NCBI GenBank assembly: GCA_013239625.1
Contig: MU053493.1
Span: 1,435,793 to 1,499,792 of the forward strand
Length of the DNA: 64,000 bases
Source: Lama guanicoe
Taxonomy: Eukaryota
Direction: 5' to 3'
Made by a program: the position numbers and the translations under genes. Positions 11,480-23,300 of the stretch are shown in pieces. Every line of letters starts with the position of its first letter. Position 1 is the first letter of the stretch. Below the pieces are notes generated by a model. The model made no database searches, was not told the origin of the DNA, and was given only the letters and a program-made list of their open reading frames with translations.

Positions 11480-11960
11480 CCATGTGGGCACAGGTTGAGG
11501 AGTGCAGGCCCTGGGCCTGGGGTGCGCAGTGACGGGGACGCGGGGTTAGTCGAGGGCGGGGACGCGCAGGGAGGGAGGGGGTATGGGGGCGGGGCCGAAG
11601 GCGCGCAGGGCGGGGGTTACATAAATGTTCCCTGGCGCCCAGCGAGGCGGCTGAGAGCGATTGCCTCATCTTATCAGGGAACACAGCGTCCCACACTCTC
11701 TTGCCCAAGCCGCAGGCCTGGGCGGGGACAGCGTGTTCCCTCCAGAAGCCACAGGAGGCGGGCGGGGAGCGCAGGGGCTCCTCTCGCGGAGCCTCAGACC
11801 CGGCGCCTGCGCCCGGGCCCTGCTCCCCCGCCCGCCCGCGGGCAGGTGCAGACCGGCGCGCTAGCGCGCGTGTCCGGCTGAGACCTCCGGGCTCGGCAGC
11901 CTCCGCCCCGCCCTCCCGTCCAGGGCGCGCCCCCAGCGATGCCCCTCGCCCTGTCCAGCT
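11480..11960. promoter_or_regulatory. Intronic CpG island, candidate enhancer or alternative promoter
   Basis: Local cluster of CpGs and GC boxes within an otherwise CpG-depleted intron. Contains GRE-like, D-box and GATA motifs. Confidence 0.65.
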
Positions 11961-13429
11961 CGGCCATACTGGCAGCCTCCACAAGGTGAAGGGCCCCTCC
12001 TGGCTCCAGCAGCACCCATAGAAAAAGACCATAGTGGTTCTTTTCTGCCTGTGAGCCTCTTGTGGGCAGTCGGGGTGGGGGTGGGGTGCATTTTTCACTG
12101 TCTCCCAAGGGCCTCGCACTGGGCCGGGTCCTGAGCACCGTCTGCAGACCAGGGCGCTTTCTGCTTGTGGGCAGTGAGTGCCGGGCTCCTCAGTGCTGGT
12201 TGAGCGTCCCTCTGGAAGGGAGAAGGGAGAGACATCTCCCACACCGAGGGGCCCGAGAGAGAAAGGCAGCTAGATCCAGCAACAGGGGTACCCAGGACCA
12301 CAAGAGCAGACCTCACTGGGCACAGGGAATCTGTGTAGATGTGTATCTGCGGGGAATGGGGAGGGGCAGGACTGGTCCAGATAGTCAGAGAGGCACAGGG
12401 AGAGGCCTCCACAATGAAATAGCCTTTCCTGGGCTCCCAGACCCCAGGTCCCAGCTATTCACTGCCAGCAAGTGGCCTGTCATTCATCAACAGATAGCTC
12501 TGATCTGTGGTCACGGCATGGGTCCACTTCCAGCTCCCAACCTCAAAACTGCCATGTTCCTCACTCCCAGGAGGCCCACTCTCCCTGCAGCTCTGAGGCA
12601 TCTCAGCACGTGGCCAACCACAGGGGCCAGTCAAGTTCTAGCATCCCAGGAAGCCCAGGCCACAGCCTTGGGTTCAGCAGAAAGGCCTGTCCCTGCAGTG
12701 GGGAGCCGGCTTTCCTATTTTCTTTAGGAGGCCACTCAGCTACTCTGTGGTGGTTTACAGACCCTCATGGAGCTAATGCACAGATGCCCTGTCTCCTGCA
12801 AAGTCCAGACTGGAACTCTTACCCACCACCGTACAGGTGAGGGAGGGGAAGCCCAGGAGAGAGAGCTGCCACTCGGTGGGCAGCAGAAGCAGTGACTTCT
12901 GCATGGAAGCAGCCCCTGCCGTGGCCAGCACCTGACTCCGACACTCCTGCCCGTTGGTTGAAGGCCCCATCTCACAGTTACCGTGAGAGCTAGTGGGAGA
13001 ACACTCACACGTGCTCAGAGGAGATATGTTGTTATCACCAGTGGAGCTCCTGGGAACGTCCCCAGCTGTACACCAGCCAGCACTCATCTTTGCTGAACTG
13101 CCTGGCCTGGCCCCGGATTCTCAGTTCCAGTGCTATGTGGGTCACAAGTGTGCTGATCACAGGCTCCCATATGCTCTAGCAGGCCCCAGAGCTGGTGGGA
13201 CATGGAGGGAGGAGGCACCAGGCTGGAGACCACAGACAGGGGCGTGGTTTAAAGGAGAAAATCCTCCTTCTACAGACGTGCATATCTTCACATTCCTACA
13301 GGGGATGCAGGTGTATTTCTAAAGCAGGGATTTTTGTTGTTGCTTCACCTTGCTTTGTTCTGGAATAAGATACCTTAATCCTAAAATACATACAGAAAAA
13401 TAAAAAATTGAAATAGCCAGAAAAGCTCG

Positions 13430-14620
13430 AAAAAAGAAGAATGATGTGAGGGAACTGGGCCACGAGGCAGTCCACACACTGTTGTCCAAGTGATGGCTGG
13501 CTGTGGAGCACAGCGTGAACGCTGGAACTAGATTCTAAGACCGTGGGAACTACTTAGCGGAAAGTGACATCTAAGACAGGCTAGAGGGACAGGGTCCAAA
13601 AAATGTCTGAGGACAACTAGGTAAAAACTGGTCCGTGCTCCACACCTGAAAGAAGGATAAATTCTGAATGGATCAAAGATTTAAACGTGAAAAGTGAAAC
13701 TAGATATTCTAGGAGAAAACACAGCAACATTTCTTTATAATGCTAGAAGTTCTTTCTATGAATCAAAATCCAGAAGCCATAAGTGAAAAGAGTGATAAAT
13801 CTGACTGTAAAATACATCTCCATGGGCAAAGTCACCATAAGGAAAGGCAAAAAATAACACCAAGAAAGTGCTAATCTCCAATACAGGGCGATTAAATGAA
13901 GACAGAACACCCAACAGAAAAATGGGCGGGGGCTATAACTGACCGTTCCTAAGCAGGTGGTGCAATGACTCTCAAACATCCAGAAGGATGTTCAACCTTG
14001 CCCATCAGGAGACAAATACAAATGGAACACCACGGACATCCTACTTTTTACCTATCAGGGAGCTGAGAATGTGGGAATAGGCAGGCCCACATTCTGCTGA
14101 CGGAAACACAAAGTGCCACAAGCTTTTTGCCGGAGGGCAACTTGGCCATAACTGTCAAAATGACAAATGTGTGTATCTTTTGAACTCACAAATCAATTTG
14201 GGGAAGCTACCCTATGAAATGGGATATGTGCCTGGTTATTCAGTGCAGCTAAAGCCCCCAAACAACTCCTGCCCTTCCATAGGGGCCAGTTAGAATAAAG
14301 TAACAGAATCCTATGAAGGAGTGGGATGGGTTCTTCCTGAACGGAGACAGAAAGGTCTCTCAGAAAGTGTTGAGTGAGAAAAGCAAGGTTCTGAGCAGAA
14401 GGCGTGGGGGCAGGACAAGTATCAAGTGCGCATGCGTATCTGCTTCTACCTGCAGAGAAGTTCAGGGAGGGCATCGGAGAAAGGAGTGGAGGTCGCCTGG
14501 GGGCAGAGAGCTGGGCAAGGAGGCAAAGGAGGATTTGGAGAACTTTCCTTGGAAAACTACTTAAAACCCCTCGGATTTTGAAACACAGTGTATTTGCCTA
14601 CTCAAAAAATTAAAAACAAA
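13430..14620 (+). mobile_element. Old L1 (L1ME-like) ORF2 end / 3' UTR fragment
   Basis: AATGGATCAAAGATTTAAACGTGAAAAGTGAAAC...AAAATCCAGAAGCCATAA and later segments are typical L1 3' sequence. Confidence 0.75.
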
Positions 14621-15810
14621 AATCCATAACAAACGAGGAAACGGTAGCCACGAATAACACAGATTTAAAGGCGGGTGTTAAAGGAACAATACCGCGCACT
14701 CCCATCCCGTCCTGGCCTCGCACATTCCCCAGCACAATCCAATACCACCCCCAGGAGATACCACCCCATAAGCACCCCTTAGACCTAGCAGGGGGGCAGT
14801 CCTTCAAGTATGAGAAACTCAAAAACAGCAATTAAGTCCAATCTACCTTTCCAGAAGGAGTTCCCAGGGCAGGACTCCAAGGCTCCAGAGCCCCTGGGTC
14901 ACCCTGCAAATGCTTCTGTTGGAGGGCGCTCCCTGATAATGGGTTAGACAGACCCAGCCTCACTTAAAAGACCACGGTGAAGCATTTCAACAGCCGCAGA
15001 CACAGGGCTGTAATTATGTCCTGGAGGCCCTTCCAGGCTCCCGAATACCATGCTCCTGTCATAAAAGTCGCTCTGTCCACTCTCCCTCAACTGACTGACC
15101 GTTGAGAACCAGCCTGGGCGATTAGGGCAGGAGCTGGCTGCCACCCTCCCTCCCCTCACCAACCCAGGAGAGTTCTGCAGTCAGAACATGGACCCCAAGT
15201 TCCAGGCGGGAGACTCACTGTCCTCTGCCAGGGCTGGGGGGAGGGGTGGGAACTGGGGGGTACTGTGCAGGCTTCTGGGAAAGGGTTTTCTCTTGGACCA
15301 AAAAAAGAAATGACGGGGCAAGGCGTGGGCGGGGCAGGGGAAGCGTGCACAGGATGGAAGAGCCTCTGGGGAGCCACGGGGCTATGACGTCCGGGGTGGC
15401 ACCCGTCACCATCACCGGCAGCACACACACAGGTCCGCAGGGACTCCCGCAGGAGCCAGGCTGCTCCATGAGGCTGACGATCCCTCAGCCCACCTTACCC
15501 GCTCACACCAGCCCTGCCCCAAAGAAACCAAGCTCCCAAGGTCAACCAGGGGAGAGGGCACTCAGGCAGAGCACAAGGTTCCAGTTCCGGTCCCGCTGCC
15601 ACCACCACCTGGCTTGGCCCCAGGCTCTCTGGGCCCCTCTCCATGGAGCCTTCAGGAACCACTCTGGTCCCACTTCCTCTTCCTGTGTCTCCCCCTCCCT
15701 GGGCCCTCCAGTCCTCTCTCCTGTCCTCTCCCTAGGCCCCCTGGGTGGGTCTGGCCATCAGGGTCCTGCCCGCCACAGCCATACAGCTTTACAGGTGCTG
15801 GGTTCACTTT

Positions 15811-15928
15811 CTTTTCTTCCATTTTCTTTCAGGGATGGGGAGGATATTTATTTATTAATTTCTTAACAGAGGTGCTGGGGATTGAACCCAGGACCTACGC
15901 AGTCTGCCACGGAGCTATACCCTCCTCC
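15811..15928 (-). mobile_element. tRNA-Ala-derived SINE, internally deleted
   Basis: Plus strand reads GGGGATTGAACCCAGGACC...GAGCTATACCCTCC. T-rich tail; CACTTT is present on both flanks. Confidence 0.75.
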
Positions 15929-18590
15929 CACTTTACAGATGCCAGGTTCACTCCTGCCTGCACAGGCTTGTGACTCCACCCACCCATCCCACCCTGCGAG
16001 ACAGGAGGGTGTCAGGATGAACCCATCCCAGGGACCAGGCTGAGGGCAAAAGTCAGAATGACCTCCCCAAGGTCACACACCCAGGTTGGCCGAGCCCCAG
16101 TGTCCATATCTTGCCCCCTCACCACCGTGAACCAGGAATGGCTGTGGTGAGCTGAGCTTGGCTACTCACAATGCCCCAGGCGAGGGCAGAAGAGTAACGA
16201 GGCAGGTCACCGCCCCATCTCACAGCCAGGTGGGACCACCCTCCCCACACAGGCTGCGAGGTCCCCTTCTGGCCCCTGGGAAGGCTCAGCAGACCGACGT
16301 TTGCACCAGGCCAGTCTACCCGGGCAGGGAGCGGCCCTGCCCACACCAACGTGTGCAGGGCCCGGAGGCTCTCCTCCCGGAGGCCTGGCTGGTTCGAGTA
16401 CTGAGCGCCCTCAAAACCACAGGGTCCCCCAGCACCCACTTCTGCCCTCTTCCAGGTGCAAGAAGCAGGCCCTGGTTCCCTCAGGGAAAAAATTTACGAG
16501 GTTCAAGCAGAATGGAGCACCTTCTCAGGGCTAACTGCATAAAGCAAAGAAATCAGAATAAAAGTAAGTTCTCTTACTACAGGCCCCAAGTGCCTTTAGT
16601 TTTTGAGGAAGCTGACACCAAAACAGTCCATCACTGACCTGCCTTTTCCAGAGCAGCTGAAGATGCTGAGGAACAACTCTAGACAACCAGGAGGGGGCCC
16701 GGGAAAGCTCCCAGCCCCTCCTTCAGCTCCCCAGGTCCTCAGACCCACCAGTGCCTGGCTAGCCCTGGCCATGTGGAGCAGCTGATACTCAATTTATCCA
16801 CTTATATAAAAGAGACACTAGAGCGGTAAGCCGGAGGCCTTGCCCCGCAGCACACCTGGGTCCTGTTCAGTGCGTCCCAGGCTGCATACACGGAGGGGAG
16901 CAGGCCACCGTGCCCCCACCTGAAGAGATCCCCATGCCCACTGTGATGGGGGACAAGGGTGCTCCCAGGGCCCTTCCAGGTCAGGGGCCAAGGCCGGCCC
17001 CTTCCCCATCACAGGCTTGCCCACCACCTGCCACTGCCCCACCGCCCCCCAGCCATTCCCTTCTCCTCTCTTCCTGCCCAGCTTTCCACCTGTCCTGACA
17101 CACCCCCTTCCTGCCTAGCCTGGAAAAGGTGTAAGGTAGCTGACCCTGGGGACCCCACCACGCAGGAAAGCAGAAGCTGCTCTGCAATCCCCACCCCCTC
17201 AGTATCCCCCAGAAGCCCCGAGGTGGGAGTGTCTCCTTCCTCAACAGCTCTGCAGGGGACTGATGTCCAGGGAGGGTCAGTGAAAGCCAGGACCAGCTGC
17301 CTGGGGCAAGGACACTGTCCTGTACTCTGCCATCCCGCTCCCACCAGGACCCAAGATGGTGCACCCTGGAGTCACCCCCAAGGTCATGGAACCAGGGTTC
17401 ACGTGTTGCATGGGGTGGGCAGACGAGGGGACGGAAAACATGGAGCCGACCAGCTGTCTCTCTGATGTTCTCATAGACCATAGACAGGGGTCCTCTTACA
17501 TGCAGGTCCATGCCTATCAGCCATCCTAGACCACAGACGACCGAGCAGCTGAGCCCCGCTGTCCTGGGTATGCAGGAGGCACATATGCTGCAGAGCCGTG
17601 GCTGCAGGAAGGAAGCCTGGGGTCAGCTTGGGAAGACAGGATTCAGGCACAACTGTCCTTTCTGCATTCCGATGGCTTTCAACTGAACTGCTTCTCGTAG
17701 TCAGAAAGAAGGCAGTATGCTATCTCACAAAGCTGATGTATACGTGCACGTCTCTACGTATCTATATACGTACGTACGTAGACATTACAAACTTCTTTTA
17801 CAGAATAACAGCCTCACCCAAACTCCAGCTCACTCACTGGGCCTGCTTCCCTGGGACCCAGGACTTCTGGCCTCTGCCAAGGGAGCGGTGCTCATTCACA
17901 TGCATGGGTGGACGTGCCTGGAGAGGTCAAGAGGACCATGTGCCAGGAATTCCATCAAGGTGTGGTCCCTGCTTCTCCTAAGGGTTACAGAACACATTTG
18001 AAAATTTCCGTTCCCAAGGTCCCTTTCCAAATGGCGATCATAAAATACTAATGGTTTCTGCCAGCAGACAGCAGAAGCCACTCCAGACAAGGGCTCTGGG
18101 GTCAATCCCTGTCTGTGTGTCACACTCACACGCTGTATTTCTCCTGAAGGGATGTGCCAGGAGAGGTGTATCGGTTCCCCCTGGCCCCACAAGCTTCCAG
18201 ACCCTGGACTGCTCCACGGGAGGGACCTTCTCCAGGTGATCGAATGCTATGGGGGACTCGTGTGAGCTAAATCCAAAGCACAGGCCTTTCCATTCCTTGC
18301 CTCCCTGTCCTGATGGTCACATCAGTAACTGCCTCCAAAGGGAAGCCAGGTGCAGTTTCCATCAAGCTCCTGGCCCCTTTCCCTTTGCCATCCTCGGGGG
18401 AGGGCTCCCCATGCTGTCAGCCACCCTGCCTCAGCAGCCGTGATCCACTGCACACCCACACACCCAGCCCTCCTCAGAGAAGTTCTCAAACACCCCAGAA
18501 AGGCAAGGGCGTGAGTTTGGAATCCACAATGAGAGATCCAGGTTTATTCACTTGATAAAAACACTCTTCATTTGAGGCTGATCAAAAGTA

Positions 18591-18723
18591 AGGGAGAGTG
18601 AGGGTAGCGGTCAGTGGTAGAGCGCCTGCTTAGCATGCATGAGGTCCTGGTTCAATTCCCAGTGCCTCCATCAAGAAATTAATAAACCTAATTACCTCCC
18701 CCTGAAAAATTGTTTTAAAAAAA
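18591..18723 (+). mobile_element. tRNA-Ala-derived SINE, long-tail form
   Basis: tRNA-like head (A and B boxes), then AATAAACCTAATTACCTCCCCC and an A-rich tail. Confidence 0.85.
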
Positions 18724-18834
18724 GGGAACTCATATCCAGAATATATAAAGAACTCTGAAATCTCAACAATAAGCCAACACTTGATTTTAACAATGAACAA
18801 AGGATTCAAACCCAACTAAAGAAGATGTACAAAA

Positions 18835-19000
18835 ACAACAAGTTCCTACTGTACAGCACAGGGAACTAGATTTAATAGCTTGTAATAACCTATAATGAAA
18901 AAGAACATGAAAAAGAATATATTTGTGTACATATGACTGAATCACTAGGCCATACATCAGGAACTAACACAACGTTGTAAATCAACTATACTTCAATTAA
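18835..19000 (+). mobile_element. Younger L1 extreme 3' end nested in the older L1
   Basis: ACAACAAGTTCCTACTGTACAGCACAGGGAACTA...ATGACTGAATCAC...TTGTAAATCAACTATACTTCAAT resembles the cetartiodactyl L1 3' terminus. Degenerate flanking duplication AAAGAAGATGTACA / AAACAAGATACACA. Confidence 0.8.
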
Positions 19001-20325
19001 ACAAGATACACAGAAGGCAAACACGATGTGGAAAGTGCGCAACGTCATTTGTCATTGAGGAAATGCGAGTAAAACAACGAGATGGCACCATTCACAAGCT
19101 AGAACAGCTAAAGTCCAAAACACTGGCCACAAACTAGATGCTGGTGGAGCAGCTGGGACTCTCACTCGCTGTGGGTGCAAATGCAATGTGGTCCAGTCAT
19201 TTTAGAAGATGGTTTGGCAGTTTCTTATGAAGTTAAACACAGACTTACCAGACAACCCAGCGATCCCGCTCCTGGGCATTTACCAGGTGAAAAGACCCTC
19301 TACTCATAATCAACCAACACTGTGAGGAGACACTTTTCTACAGGTGAGCAGAGGAACATGTGGTGGTGCGTCCATACGGTGGACCACGACGGTGACAAAG
19401 AGGAAGGAGCTAGTGACTCACACGCACTCAAATGGATGCATCTTAAATGCATTTTGCTAAGTCAAAGAAGCTAGACCCCAAAGTTTACACGTTGTGTGAC
19501 TATTCATGTGACATTCCACCAAAGGCAGAACTTCAAAGACAGAGAATGCATCAGGGGTTGGGGGGGATGGAGGATCGGGAAGTGGCTGACCACAAAGGGA
19601 AATTTTTAGGGTGATGGAACTGTTCTGCCTGGTACCGGGATGGTGGATACAAGACTCTGCTTTTGTCAAAACCCACAGGACTGTACTTTGTCAAGAATGC
19701 ATTTCTATGTATGCAAATATTCCGCCTGTAAAGGAGGCTAGGGGAGTCCCAGGATGAAAGGCAGGCAGTGACGACAACACATTCTGGCTATATTACAAAT
19801 AAATGCCATGGCCTCTCAGAAGGGGGCCAGGAAAAGGAGATGACAAGAGGAACTGCACTTGAACAAAGCTCTTGCTTCTCACAAGAGAAACCAGGGTAGA
19901 CAATTCTAAAACTGCTTCACGTGGACACGAGGGCTGAACAGACAGGTGAACACAGGGTGGAAGGTAGAAGCCTATGTCTCACTGTTGGAGAGGGAAGTTA
20001 CAGGTGAGCAAGGGGAAGGCAAATGAGTCCCTTGTGGGGCTTCCCAGAGTCTAAGGCATGGGTGTGAACTCATGCTGAGCCTCGGGTCAAGGGGATAAGT
20101 GACTAAAAGTTCAAGGACTAGAACAAATCTATGTCCCTGGCTCTGTCCCTCAGGGAGGGCTAGAAGCAGTGACACCCCAGAAACAAGGAACACCTGCAGC
20201 ACCCAGATCTTGGTGTCTAAGTATCATTTTCCAATAAAGGGAAACAGGGATCCTTGGAAAGATGGCTGATTCTAGGACTGGAAGAGGAGACACACAAGAC
20301 AAACCTGAAGCACCTTAAAATGCCA

Positions 20326-20356
20326 GGAAGGAAGGAAGGGAGGGAGGGAGGGAGGG
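20326..20356. repeat. (GGAA)n(GGGA)n simple repeat
   Basis: Read directly. Confidence 0.8.
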
Positions 20357-23300
20357 CATGAAAGTCTAAATGATGAGGGCAGGTCTGGGGACACAAGAGC
20401 CAACCCAACAGAGTCCCTGGCCGAGAATGAACATTGGAGCAACAAGATAAATATCAGGAGTAAGTTCCATGGATATCATTCTCCCACTGGTATGGGGTGA
20501 TGGGAAGGCACTTCACCGCCCTGGTATTTCTCCCAAAAAGCCATAAACACAGTCTCATCACAAGAAAAACACCAGGCAAACGCAAACTGAGGGCCAGTCT
20601 GTACAACGGCTGGCCACACCTCTCACAACTGTTAAGGTCACGGGAAACAAGGCAGGTCTGGGAGCCTGTCCCAGGCAAAAGAAGCCTGAGGAGGGCAGAC
20701 AACTAGGTTCAGGTAACGAATCACGGAAAACCCAGCTACCCACATTTTGTGATCACTGAGGCAGTGACCATGGAGCTCATGTGTAAGTAATTCAGCAGGG
20801 ATCACCAGCCCAGGGACCCCAGAGGTCTGGAGAAGAGGTGGGCGGGGGGCAGGGGGAGGCGGAGGGAGAGGGGACAAGAAAGTGAAAATAGCACTGAGAA
20901 AACCAAGCATAAAGGATAACTATGAATTCTAGGAAAAGAAACCTGTGTGACACCAAGGTCACCTGCAAGTTGCGTGTCTAGTCCTAACCATCTCTGGAGA
21001 CGGAATGCTGACCTAATCCAAGCTCAGAGGAGGCGGCAAGGTGCCGGGAGTGCATCTGTCCTCAGCCATCCTGGGAAGTCAGCACATAAGGCCCCAAAAC
21101 TGGGACCTGGAGAGAGCCCTCTGAGCACACGCTGGGCAGCCAACACCAGAGGGGCCCCTGGGCTGGGGCACGACCAGGCACCCGTCCATCACAGCAGATG
21201 CACGGGGTGCTGCGGGCCTGGGGCTAGGGCACTACTGCACTCGTTACCCTGAAAACCTTTTAGAATAATTTACAGAGTGGAATGGAACTGGTCCAATGTT
21301 CTCGGCAGCCAAGCCTTTTCTTAGGGAATCACTTTGCCATCCTTGTCACCATCTTCGGAAGCCCCACAAGGGTGCGGGCCGGCCGGCACCCAAGAGAGAG
21401 GACACAGCGCCCCTCCTGCTCCTCCCTGTCCCCCCCACCAGAGGAAAGCCTCACCGGGCAGCCTCCCCTCTGCAGGCCTGTATGACCCTCAGGCACTTGT
21501 CATTGTTTTTGCTGTCGCTGCCTCTGATTCCCTAAAAACCTGAGTACAAAGTGCTCAACACCTAGCGGCTGTGTGCTGGGAGCCCATTCTCCTGGTGATG
21601 GTGACGCAGCTCCTACGTGGGTCGAAGGGGCAGTGAGGTGGGACCTGGCTGCAGACGCACTTCCTAAGTCAGTGAGTGTCACTCTAGCACGAGACATGCT
21701 CTGATTTCTAAATGCACGGCACAGACACGTTAGTGGAAGAAAACATATAGCATCCGGGCAGTGGGGGTGCCAAGGAAGTGAGAGCTCCCCATGGGCTGCC
21801 CTCCCTACCCAAGTCTAAGCACCATCAGACACAGGGCATGACCACAGGCCACAGGCCCAGCCAGAGCCCACTCTGCACACCGGGCTTCATCCCCCGGCCG
21901 CTGGTCTCCAAGGCCCACTCACCGCACCCCAGGTGGGGGTCTGGCTGACTGCTCCAGGACCAACTGCCCCCCACCTGCCACACTCCGGGGGTGGGGGCAG
22001 GTAGCAGCCTGCAGGCCAGGCCATCGCAGTGTGTTCACAGCTGGAGCAGAGTGCGCTGGGCGGGGACCGGGCCGGGCTGCGGCCAAGCGCCACGTCTGAC
22101 CCCAGGCTGTGCGCGTCCACGCGGCCCTGGAGCCTGGTAGCTCTGGGGAGTTCCTGCCTCCCAGGGTTCTGTGAGCCAGGAAGGGCGGGCGGTGGTGGAG
22201 GAGGGGTTCCGAGAAACAAGACTCAGGCAAGTCCTTCTCTTCTGCATGTCCGTGCCCTGTGGGTGCGGGGTCCTCCCCGAGACAGGGCCTGGGGTCCCCG
22301 CCTGCAGGGCCAGGGCTGTCCCATGTCTCGGCCAGATCGCTGTGGGAACTCCAGCCGCAGACACCACAGCCCCCCTTCCTAGCGCTATTCTTGGTGTGTG
22401 TCTCCCTTTGGGGGGAGGATAAGGGTGGAAATGATCAGAAGCTAAAATTAGCAAACGGCAAACAATTGAGGCCAGGAATCTGAGGTCAGCTAAGGATAAC
22501 GGTTGGTTTTCTGTGGCCTTGAGGTAGTTTGAGCAATAAAGGGAATTGAAAATGAAAACAGATCTGGAAGCAGCCCAGCCCCTGCCGGGACCAGGACAGA
22601 CACGGGCCAGCCAGGGGGCAGGCTGGGCCAGGTGGCAGCGCTCTGACGGCCCAGACCCTCCCAGGGCTCGCCTCCCCTCCTCCTGACTTTCCACCCTGCC
22701 TTCTTCCTTGGAGCCTGCCTCCCCTTCTAAGCTGGAGGAGCACCTTCTGCTGCCATGGGCTCCCTGGGCACCAGCCTGGCTCCAACTCCTCCTCCTGGGC
22801 GGTGGTGGCTTTAAACCCCCAGGGACTGTGCCGTGTTACCGGGGCTACGGGCCCAGCTCTGGTTCCACCAGGACCTGCCTTCTAACTGGACCCAGTAAAA
22901 GTGCCTGGTGATAGACCAGGAAATCAGGCCCAACAAGGGTCTGAGACACGTTGGGTCACACAGCCCTGACCCCAGCCAGGCGCTGCCAGGAGGTGAGGCA
23001 AGCGCCCCAGGCCTGAGGGGTGGGGGTGGGGAGCCTTGACTCCCTATTGCCCTGGGGGGCCGGCTGCACAGTGGCTGCAGACAGACCAGGGGAGGGTGGC
23101 CTGGTCTTGTTGCCCCTCCAGGGTCAGGACGCTGCCCTCCCCGAAGAACTGCAAATGGCCGCCCTGGAGGCCATGCCCAGCGGTCCTGAGACCTGGAAAC
23201 AACCTCTTTGCCTCCTAAGGGCGCTCAGCTTGGCCTAGTGATGCCCAGCCGTCACTAAAGCATGGAGCCTGGAATGCAGCAACCATGGAAGGGCCCTAGC

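Larger units (their letters stand above)
18724..20760 (+). mobile_element. Old L1 (L1MC-like) 3' portion
   Basis: ATCCAGAATATATAAAGAACTC, TTTGGCAGTTTCTTATGAAGTTAAAC and CACCCAGATCTTGGT...GATGGCTGATTCTAGGACTGG segments. Confidence 0.75.

Noticed and set aside
11322..12727. 306-aa and 221-aa ORFs over the intronic CpG island
   Set aside because: Same GC artefact. No homology or splice structure recognised.
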